Positions 7,209 to 15,139 of a stretch of 17,791 nucleotides of DNA are shown here, piece after piece. Numbering within the stretch: position 1 is the first letter of the stretch; every line of letters begins with the position of its first letter. The stretch comes from Candidatus Hodarchaeota archaeon (GTDB lineage: Archaea > Asgardarchaeota > Heimdallarchaeia > Hodarchaeales > Hodarchaeaceae): NCBI GenBank assembly GCA_029856365.1, contig JAHQWW010000077.1:1-17791 (forward strand), in the 5' to 3' direction. Below the pieces are notes generated by a model. The model was not told the DNA's origin. It was given only the letters and a program-made list of their open reading frames with translations, and searched no databases. The translations under genes and the position numbers were made by a program.

Positions 7209-8195
7209 TTGCTTGAAACAATTCTTATTGACCAGGGGATAATACGATCTCAACGATTAAATCTTTTATGTGTTCCTGACTACTTATTTTTTAGAACCCA
7301 CTCTCATAGGCTTTATAGAGAGTTTAAAGGTATTCCTCGATATTCCATAATAACTCGAAAAGTCACTGATCGACTTGATACAGCCTCACATTATGATAAC
7401 ACTTGTTCTCTGAAAACACTTTATATTGTTGACGGCTTAACGGCCTTAACAAATGCCCCCTTTTACTTTCAACTTGCAAATCAGTTAGACCTGTCTATTG
7501 TTGGAACAAATTTGGATATTATGGAACTCCCCAAACTTCGGTATACCCCGACAAAAAACATGAACTTTCAAAAATTTGAACCCCTCACTATTGTTAGTAG
7601 TGAAGTACACTATCATGCTCCGCTACATGAAAGTGGTTTAGAAAACAATGCCATAACTCTCCCTCCATCATTTAACCTTTTTACGCAACCAATTACTATA
7701 ACACAAAACACCATTGCAATAGGTTCAGTCCGAGACATAAATGATTTTTTTCCTATTAGTTTTGACATATTAAGAATTAATTTAGGAGACTTCATCGAAT
7801 ACAATCAACGTTTTCCAAAAACAACTGGGATCACTGATGATACAAAAAAGAGTCGAAAACGGGTAATTCTCGAAGGAGTAAATAGAATTATTAGCATCTT
7901 CAATATATCTGTTATACTTGTTTCACTTTATAAACTCTCTAAATTCTTTGCATCATCAACAGGTACGATAACACACCAAGTACAGGATATTTGTGACAAT
8001 TGGAACTTCTCCGAGGCGATACTTATAAATAATGAAAAAAGGAGAGTCTGGGAACAGGAGCCAATGGAGAATTTAAAGGATTTGTTTGATGCCCAAGGTT
8101 ACATTGCTATATTCAACCAAGAAAGAAGTCCTAAAACAATTTCTCCATTTAAATATAAGGACATTTCAGAGGAAGACGATTTACTTGAAAGGTAA
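7209..8195 (+). CDS. Hypothetical soluble protein (328 aa), no family recognised
   Basis: Long ORF with TTG start filling the gap between dph2 and the wHTH gene. Alpha/beta-like composition with an acidic C-terminus. Confidence 0.7.
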   Translation: MLETILIDQGIIRSQRLNLLCVPDYLFFRTHSHRLYREFKGIPRYSIITRKVTDRLDTASHYDNTCSLKTLYIVDGLTALTNAPFYFQLANQLDLSIVGTNLDIMELPKLRYTPTKNMNFQKFEPLTIVSSEVHYHAPLHESGLENNAITLPPSFNLFTQPITITQNTIAIGSVRDINDFFPISFDILRINLGDFIEYNQRFPKTTGITDDTKKSRKRVILEGVNRIISIFNISVILVSLYKLSKFFASSTGTITHQVQDICDNWNFSEAILINNEKRRVWEQEPMENLKDLFDAQGYIAIFNQERSPKTISPFKYKDISEEDDLLER

Positions 8196-8310
8196 TAGAT
8201 TTAATAAACAGAATGAAGTTTAAAGGAATTAGATTTAAAAGGAGTATTAAAGACATAAAAAAGAGGAAAACTTCATACAAATTGTTAAAACAGAATAGGG
8301 TGGTAGTTAA

Positions 8311-8823
8311 ATGAGTGAAGAAACCTTTAAAATTGAGGAAATCATACCCATAATCGAGAAGGTTAAAAATACTATTGTCACATTAGAAAAAGAGTTAGAA
8401 AAGAAACAACAGGAGGCGGAAGATAAGGAGAAACTTTTGGCTGAACGAGAAACAAAGTTGAACGAGGCCCAAATTCAGCAAAAACAACTAGAATTCGAAT
8501 ATGCGAGTCTTGAAACCGAATTCAAGAAGATATCTGGGCTATTTGCAGAAATTTCGGAAAAAGAGGAAGCCTCACTTGATGTGAAACAACTTCTTAGCAT
8601 CTATATTGCCTTACTCGAGAAAGTCTTCGAGGGTAAACCCCATGCGAAGATCTTATACCTCTTACACGGAGATAAATCTGAAATGACTCGTCAAGAATTA
8701 ACAGCAGCTACAGGTTTCTCTCCTGCAATCGTTCTTCATTCATTACATGAGTTAAATAGAGCAGAACTAATCAATTATGATGAAGAACAAGCAAAAGCTT
8801 CTCTTGTGAACAGGATATATTGA
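8311..8823 (+). CDS. N-terminal coiled-coil + C-terminal winged helix-turn-helix protein
   Basis: About 70 aa of E/K/Q-rich heptads, then HAKILYLLHGDKSEMTRQELTAATGFSPAIVLHSLHELNRAELINYD (HTH + wing pattern). SD-like GGGTGG precedes the ATG. Confidence 0.8.
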   Translation: MSEETFKIEEIIPIIEKVKNTIVTLEKELEKKQQEAEDKEKLLAERETKLNEAQIQQKQLEFEYASLETEFKKISGLFAEISEKEEASLDVKQLLSIYIALLEKVFEGKPHAKILYLLHGDKSEMTRQELTAATGFSPAIVLHSLHELNRAELINYDEEQAKASLVNRIY

Positions 8824-8927
8824 AGAAAATCTCTTTTATTTTGGTACTTGAGGAATTAATTCACATTGGGGGAAGGTGAATCTTTTTTGATGATATTATC
8901 TGCATATTCTAATTCTTTAGAAAGTAT

Positions 8928-9842
8928 TTGACGACATTTTCTACTAAAATTGTAGATGAAATTCATATGTTAATTGATAACTTTCTTATCACTCTTGAAA
9001 TTGAAAAAGGTTACTCACTGAAGACCATTCGTGAATATTCTTATGATCTGAAAATGTTTGAACGATTTAATGGTAGTAAGCCAATTGAATCTACAACTAC
9101 ATCAGACTTACGACGATTCCTACTCCATCTTAAACGAGATAAGGAGTATGCAGCAAGAAGTTTACACCGAAAAATCTGCTCATTGAAATCTTTTTTCAAG
9201 TTCTTAAAGAAAGAAGGTTTCATTACCTTGAATCCAACTGATAATATAGAATCTCCGAAAATTCCAAAATCTCTGCCAAAAACCATTACAATAGAAGAAA
9301 CTTTAAAACTTTTGACTACTCCTGAAAATCCACGAGATAAAGCAATTCTTTATCTGTTGTATGGAACAGGTATGCGGGTATCAGAACTTAGTAATCTTAA
9401 TATCGATCAAATAGATCTCAAGGATAGAATAATTCATATAGTTGGGGGAAAAGGGGGGAAAGATAGGATAATTCCTCTCCCTACAGGAATTATTGAAATT
9501 CTGACAGATTATCTTGAAATACGACAAAATGATACACAAGACCCTGCATTCATCTTGAACCGTTCGGGGAATCGTTTAACCCCTCGTTCAATACAAAGGA
9601 TTGTCAAAAAGTACAAAAAAGCAGCACATCTATTAGATAAGAAGGTAACTCCTCATACATTACGCCATGCGTTCGCCACCCATCTTTTATCAAATGCTGT
9701 TGATATCCGTGTCATCCAAGAGCTTTTAGGACATGCCTCTCTTTCAACAACACAACTTTACACACATGTTTCTCTAGAACATCTCAGAAAATCTTACGAC
9801 CTAGGACACCCTTTATCAAACCAACAAGTTTTTGATGGTTAA
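8928..9842 (+). CDS. xerA: Site-specific tyrosine recombinase XerA (XerC/D family)
   Basis: N-terminal SAM-like domain (EKGYSLKTIREYSYDL) and a full catalytic set: GMRVSEL (R), GKGGKDRI (K), TPHTLRHAFATHLL (HxxR), LLGHASL (H) and TTQLYTHV (Y). Alternative start at ATG 8967. Confidence 0.92.
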   Translation: MTTFSTKIVDEIHMLIDNFLITLEIEKGYSLKTIREYSYDLKMFERFNGSKPIESTTTSDLRRFLLHLKRDKEYAARSLHRKICSLKSFFKFLKKEGFITLNPTDNIESPKIPKSLPKTITIEETLKLLTTPENPRDKAILYLLYGTGMRVSELSNLNIDQIDLKDRIIHIVGGKGGKDRIIPLPTGIIEILTDYLEIRQNDTQDPAFILNRSGNRLTPRSIQRIVKKYKKAAHLLDKKVTPHTLRHAFATHLLSNAVDIRVIQELLGHASLSTTQLYTHVSLEHLRKSYDLGHPLSNQQVFDG

Positions 9843-10011
9843 ATAGAAAGAATTTTCTTATATTAATTGGAATGAATGATTTATAACCATGAAAAATATA
9901 AAAAAGAGAAGCAATTGATACCAATAAAGTACAATTCAGACATTGCTAGATTTATAAGCATGTTTCGCCTTTAATTAGTATAACATTGTTTATTGACAGT
10001 AATTTTCACCA

Positions 10012-10039
10012 ACATTCTAAAGCTCTCATATTAGAATGT
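10012..10039. repeat. Perfect 9-bp inverted repeat with a 10-bp spacer
   Basis: ACATTCTAA (10012-10020) - AGCTCTCATA - TTAGAATGT (10031-10039), lying between xerA and the beta-helix gene. Confidence 0.5.
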
Positions 10040-10100
10040 CTTTATTCTTAATGTTGATAATTACTTGAGAATATATTGTAATATAAAGATCGAGATCCAA

Positions 10101-11717
10101 ATGAATCTTCAAAAAGGATTACTAATGCTGATTTTATTATTACTTTCACTTTTACTACTAAATAAAACTACATCTACCTTATCTCTTAATTCATCTTCTT
10201 ATTCATTAGAAAAGCATGTTAAATTTGAAAATAATTTTCATTATAAGTCAAAAATTGAGTATTTAGGTCCCCAAAACACGAATCATGACCCTATTTATAT
10301 TGATGGTAATAATGACTTACGAAGTCAATCCTCCTATGAGAATTGGAAAGGTAGTGGCACGAAAAATGACCCCTTTATCATTTCTAACTATAACATTCAA
10401 GGGGCACCAGGATCGTACATAATTAATATTAAAAATACAGATCTGTTCTGTCAAATTACTGACAATCAAATTTACGATGGAAAACGGGGTATTGTGATCG
10501 TTTCATCACATAACATTTTAATCTCAAGGAATTACATATTTAATATGAGTGATCCTGATTCTGGTTGTTTAAATGCTGGAATTACGCTGTGGGATGGTAG
10601 CTCAAATATTATAATTTCAACAAATACTATTCAAGAGTGTGGGCATGGAATCGATCTAGGACTAGTTACTAACAATAGTATCATTGGGAATTTCTTAGAC
10701 AAAAACAGAGGTCCCGGTATCAATTGTGATGGAGGAGATTTTAACATAATTTTGAATAATACAATCGATGGACATTCCTACGGTATTTATTTAAGTTTTG
10801 CTAGTGATTCTAATAAAATAGTAAATAATACTATTATAAATAGTTATCATTTTGGACATCCAAGGGCACGTTATAATAACACAATTAAAGGAGGTAATGG
10901 AATTAAGATTTCCACAGGTTCAGATCAAAATATAGTTGTGGGAAATATCATAGCAAATTCATTTAGTTATGGTATTCTCCTTGACACTGTTGAAAACACA
11001 ATCATTCGAAATAATGATTTTTTACATAATAATTTGAACGGAAGTTCTCAGGCCAGAGTTAAAGACGGGATTAATAACTCATTTTCCAACAATTTTTGGA
11101 ATGATTGGAATAATAGTGATATAGAAACATCTGGTTTTTCTGAAATTATATCACGAATCCATCCCCATTTAAAATCTCAATCCATTGAGTATCTATGTTT
11201 TCCTTGTATAGTAGCTCCAAATATTGGTCAAGAGATAAATGATATTCTTCATGTTCGTTGGAATCCACCCTATAATGGGGAGAATAAAACGGTATGGTAC
11301 AATATTTCATATTCTTTAGGCAATCCGTACTGTAGACAGGTAGATTGGAATCTATATTCGATTGAATACGAGTGGCAGAATTGGAATCTATTGAAATCAT
11401 TTTTGAAACAAACTGAATTCATCTGCAATTTAACAGATATGTCTGGTTTAATCCGAACAATTCTTAGATGTCCTAATAGTGAAAAAGTATCTTTCTTCGA
11501 TCCTTTTTTTATTATCAAAGTCAGAGCTTTTACTATTGACGGTCTCTGGTCTGAGGATTGGTCTGGGACAATCTTCACCAAAAATTTTCCATTTGAATCA
11601 CGAAATTTATTATCTGTCTATTTTTCAGAATTAATAATTGGAGTAATAGTGATTTATAGTTTAATTTCAATAAAGAGGAACTTTTGTAGCAAGAAAGAAA
11701 ATAAAAAACCACTATAG
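10101..11717 (+). CDS. Secreted, C-terminally anchored right-handed parallel beta-helix (NosD/CASH-like) surface protein
   Basis: Hydrophobic signal peptide (GLLMLILLLLSLLLL) and HDPIYIDGN...WKGSGTKNDPFII cap. Many 'GI.L..S..N.I..N.I' repeats follow, then an FN3-like segment (VRWNPP..VWYNISYS..IIKVRAF). It ends in a TM helix with a basic tail and has many N-x-S/T sequons. ORF open from TTG 10065. Confidence 0.82.
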   Translation: MNLQKGLLMLILLLLSLLLLNKTTSTLSLNSSSYSLEKHVKFENNFHYKSKIEYLGPQNTNHDPIYIDGNNDLRSQSSYENWKGSGTKNDPFIISNYNIQGAPGSYIINIKNTDLFCQITDNQIYDGKRGIVIVSSHNILISRNYIFNMSDPDSGCLNAGITLWDGSSNIIISTNTIQECGHGIDLGLVTNNSIIGNFLDKNRGPGINCDGGDFNIILNNTIDGHSYGIYLSFASDSNKIVNNTIINSYHFGHPRARYNNTIKGGNGIKISTGSDQNIVVGNIIANSFSYGILLDTVENTIIRNNDFLHNNLNGSSQARVKDGINNSFSNNFWNDWNNSDIETSGFSEIISRIHPHLKSQSIEYLCFPCIVAPNIGQEINDILHVRWNPPYNGENKTVWYNISYSLGNPYCRQVDWNLYSIEYEWQNWNLLKSFLKQTEFICNLTDMSGLIRTILRCPNSEKVSFFDPFFIIKVRAFTIDGLWSEDWSGTIFTKNFPFESRNLLSVYFSELIIGVIVIYSLISIKRNFCSKKENKKPL

Positions 11718-11828
11718 GAATAATACCTATAACTAGAATTATTCATATAAATTTACACTATCATTTTACCATTTACTAATCCTATTAATCAAAGCTCATA
11801 TGATAGTTATTTCTTTTAAGCAGTGTGA

Positions 11829-12620
11829 TTGTCTATGTTGGATCGAATGCCTTCCTGGTTCTTGAAACATGACCGTTTTAATTCGAAGTCCTTCATAAAA
11901 TATCTTCGATTACAACCACTCAGTGTTATTTGTTATATTCTATGGTTTATATATCACAAACATGAAGAATCAGACTTGGCATTCTCTGTTGATCCACTAC
12001 GCTTTATTTTCCGCTATGAAAATAGATATACTCTCATAGGAGAGAAAGTTTGGCAACTTGAGAAAAAAGTGCGATGGTTTGAAACTAATCTTGTATTAAT
12101 ATTCGAAAAAAAAGGATGGGGAGAAATAACTCAGCGTTTTGATAATTTTCGGGATCTAGAGACTAATCGACAAATCGATTCATACAATACATACTTAACT
12201 CTTAATCTTTCTAAAGATCACTTTTCCATTTCAGAACCTATTGATAATCAAATTATCCAAATTCCATCTTCAAAACACCCTCTTCCTAAGCGATATCGTC
12301 CCTATGGTGGCGGGTTAAGCTTTGGATTTATTAAGAATGGAAAGATTGTATGTTTTGCAGCAGCTCCTCACATATTATCCCAAGAAACCTTTTCTTTTGC
12401 CATACTACGAGGAATAGAGACAAAGATTATAGAGAGAAGACAACGATATGCATTGAAAACTGTTGGGGTTTTGTGCAAAGAATTATTCTCCCGATACAAC
12501 TTGGCAAACATTTTTTTGTGGGTAGATGAAAAGAATATAGCTGCTCGCAATTTATACCAGAAATTAGGTTTTTCTGAAGAAGGGAAGATCTATACTACTT
12601 ATTGTGATCAGAAAAAGTAA
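11829..12620 (+). CDS. GNAT-family N-acetyltransferase (C-terminal FR47-like domain)
   Basis: ILRGIETKIIERRQRYA (motif A-like) and FLWVDEKNIAARNLYQKLGF (motif B). Alternative start at ATG 11835. Confidence 0.8.
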   Translation: MSMLDRMPSWFLKHDRFNSKSFIKYLRLQPLSVICYILWFIYHKHEESDLAFSVDPLRFIFRYENRYTLIGEKVWQLEKKVRWFETNLVLIFEKKGWGEITQRFDNFRDLETNRQIDSYNTYLTLNLSKDHFSISEPIDNQIIQIPSSKHPLPKRYRPYGGGLSFGFIKNGKIVCFAAAPHILSQETFSFAILRGIETKIIERRQRYALKTVGVLCKELFSRYNLANIFLWVDEKNIAARNLYQKLGFSEEGKIYTTYCDQKK

Positions 12621-12652
12621 TTTATAATCATTCATAACTAATTTACCAAAAT

Positions 12653-13696
12653 TTAGTTTTCTGTTAAGAATATCACTTCTCTTGCTGTTTTCTTTGCCGA
12701 TGTCAAGGCGTATTTGTAATCTTTAGTCTGAACCATAATTTTTTTCCCGTAACTAAGTAAAATTTCACTTATTGTATCAATATTCGGAATACCAGGATCT
12801 CTATAAGATATAACTATTTTATAATCTTGAAATTTCTCAATAGTTTTCTCAAACTCGTGTGAGACCTTTTTTGGACTAGCCCATCCGTTGGGGATTATTT
12901 TCAATCGTCTGTGCTTTGATCTATAGTCAATCATATTCTCCCAACAGTCATAATTACAGATTCCTTCAAGGAAATGATAAAAATCATGATAATCAATACC
13001 GACCCCTTGAGAGGAAACATAAGGAGGATCAATATAAACCAAGTCGTAACCCTCATCTGGTACTGGGAAATTTAAAATTGGATAATTAAAGGCTTGGTTT
13101 ATTCTTTGGTTATCAAAAATTGCTTGATTCCCTTCTCTGACTGCTCTTGAGAACAATTGCTCAAATGGAGTGTCCCATGTCTTTTTGTTCCCAAAACTTC
13201 GTTCAACTTTGTTTAAACGGAGATATAGATTCTTTCTATGGAAAAGATTGAAAGGACGCTTCTGAATACATGCTTGAAAAAGAGCAAAAAGACAAATTCC
13301 TTTTTCAAATTGGTTTTCCAGTCGAAAGATATTTTGTACTACAATATCTAGGAGTTTATTTTCTTCATCAGTATAATAGATATCTTGGAATTGATCTTGA
13401 ATAACACTATGATAGCTTAAACCATTTTTTTTCTCAAAGAGTGATTTTATTTGCAATGGATCAAATTTTATTGAATTATTTTCAATCAATGCTTTTCCGA
13501 TGTACCAATTTGAGGTGAGCATGTCGTTATAAGTTACCTCTTTTCCCATTCTTTTAAACATATGACTGACTGCGCCTGTACCTCCAAATGCATCTAGTAC
13601 AGTGTCAAATTCAATATTTTGAAAAATAGGTCGAAACCAATCAAGTAATTTTAGTTTACTTCCCTGGTATCTAGTTTGTGGAAAAGAAACGTGCAT
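12653..13696 (-). CDS. D12-class N6-adenine DNA methyltransferase (alpha group, Dam/FokI-like), no adjacent endonuclease
   Basis: RYQGSKLKLL (motif X), LDAFGGTGAVS (motif I) and YND, followed by catalytic DLVYIDPPY (motif IV). Confidence 0.9.
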   Translation of the reverse strand: MHVSFPQTRYQGSKLKLLDWFRPIFQNIEFDTVLDAFGGTGAVSHMFKRMGKEVTYNDMLTSNWYIGKALIENNSIKFDPLQIKSLFEKKNGLSYHSVIQDQFQDIYYTDEENKLLDIVVQNIFRLENQFEKGICLFALFQACIQKRPFNLFHRKNLYLRLNKVERSFGNKKTWDTPFEQLFSRAVREGNQAIFDNQRINQAFNYPILNFPVPDEGYDLVYIDPPYVSSQGVGIDYHDFYHFLEGICNYDCWENMIDYRSKHRRLKIIPNGWASPKKVSHEFEKTIEKFQDYKIVISYRDPGIPNIDTISEILLSYGKKIMVQTKDYKYALTSAKKTAREVIFLTEN

Positions 13697-13758
13697 TTTT
13701 ATCTTCTCTAAAGGAAATCATAAAATAAGATTTTCCCTCCATTTCACCTTATTATGAC

Positions 13759-15087
13759 CTAGATTTTTTCTATTCGTTCAGTAAATCCAATATTAAGTTC
13801 CTCTAACTCTTTCAAGACTGGTTCATATATATTTTTGTGTACAGGAATAAGAACACCCTTATCGGTGATTTCACCCTCTAAAATCATACGAACACCTATT
13901 GCGCAAGGTAAACCTACTGTTCGTGACATAGAGGTGGGGCCATCCTTAATTCCAAGATCAACCATGGTACTAGTGTGTTTTTCTTTACCTTCAGGCAATT
14001 CATATTCGAACTCGTGAACCATGATTAACATATCCCGTTCACCAGGCGAATATTGCAAACGTTTCTCCCATTGATGACATAATGCATCAAGAGGTGATAT
14101 CTTAGTAGAGGGGACGTGGTCATTCCCAAAGAGTCCCATCCATTCAAAACGATGAATGATGTCATCATCCTCTGCAAGACTGAATTTTTTCATGAATTCT
14201 TCTTTGGAATTCGCATCCAATGATACTCCTAGGAGTTTATTAGTAAGTTGGTTATATGTGAATTCTGAAGGGAGTTCTAGTTCTTCCAAATCCATGTATC
14301 CTGAATCAGCGACTTTTTTGAGGGCACGACACCATCCTGTATTACGGAGAGTTCCCCGAAACATTGTTTTAGTCTCAGGTATCTCATAAATGTCAATATA
14401 GGGTATTGAGTCACGATTAGGATAAGCTTCATAATCATCTTCTAAACCCTCGACTGGATAAGGATAGTGATTATCAAATAGCTCCTCACCAGGAATTTCT
14501 ATAATTTTACCATCTTCTTTGTATTTTGCAGGATTACGACCTGCTAGAATCACACCGCGAGGTGACCAAGATAATTTATATTTCCATGGTGTTGTTACTG
14601 CATCTGGAGCAGGTAATCCTCCACAATATGATTTGAAAGAAAGAATTTCTCCTCCTCTTTCATGAACATCATCAATGATTTTTTTAGCTGACATATGGTC
14701 TATTCCTGGGTCAACACCTATTTCATTCAGAATTGTGATCCCTGCTTTCTTAGCGTCTTCATCTAATGCTCGCATTTCATTCGAAACATACGAAGTGGTG
14801 ACCATTTGCTTTTTGTATTTAATACAGGATTTAGCTACTTGAACATGATAAATGTAGGGCAATAAACTGACAGCTAAATCACAATCCTTCACTAACTGAT
14901 CTAACTCTTCTTCAGATGCCTTTGTAATATCAAATTCTTTTGTTTTACCATTAGGATGATCTCCGATGAGATTTATAGCTTTACTCTTAGTACGACTTGC
15001 TACTGTGACTTGATAATCATGGTCTAATAAATAAGTTACAGGAGGCCCAGCGACCATTCCTGCTCCAAGAATCAAAACTTTCTTCAA
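13759..15087 (-). CDS. Saccharopine dehydrogenase (L-glutamate-forming; Lys9 / AASS-SDH-domain-like)
   Basis: KKVLILGAGMV Rossmann motif, SLLPY, TTSYVS, NEIGVDPGIDHM, SYCGGLPAP, YKLSWSPRG, YPNRDS, RGTLR and MSRTVGLP. TTG start with GGAG SD upstream. Confidence 0.93.
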   Translation of the reverse strand: MKKVLILGAGMVAGPPVTYLLDHDYQVTVASRTKSKAINLIGDHPNGKTKEFDITKASEEELDQLVKDCDLAVSLLPYIYHVQVAKSCIKYKKQMVTTSYVSNEMRALDEDAKKAGITILNEIGVDPGIDHMSAKKIIDDVHERGGEILSFKSYCGGLPAPDAVTTPWKYKLSWSPRGVILAGRNPAKYKEDGKIIEIPGEELFDNHYPYPVEGLEDDYEAYPNRDSIPYIDIYEIPETKTMFRGTLRNTGWCRALKKVADSGYMDLEELELPSEFTYNQLTNKLLGVSLDANSKEEFMKKFSLAEDDDIIHRFEWMGLFGNDHVPSTKISPLDALCHQWEKRLQYSPGERDMLIMVHEFEYELPEGKEKHTSTMVDLGIKDGPTSMSRTVGLPCAIGVRMILEGEITDKGVLIPVHKNIYEPVLKELEELNIGFTERIEKI

Positions 15088-15139
15088 TTCTAACTACTCC
15101 TTACTAATTACAACAACTCTTTTTAAGTTCATGGGGCTT

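Noticed and set aside
8928-11717. xerA as the integrase of a provirus or integrative element
   Set aside because: It resembles chromosomal XerA/XerD, and no tRNA target, att direct repeats or viral/plasmid genes are visible.
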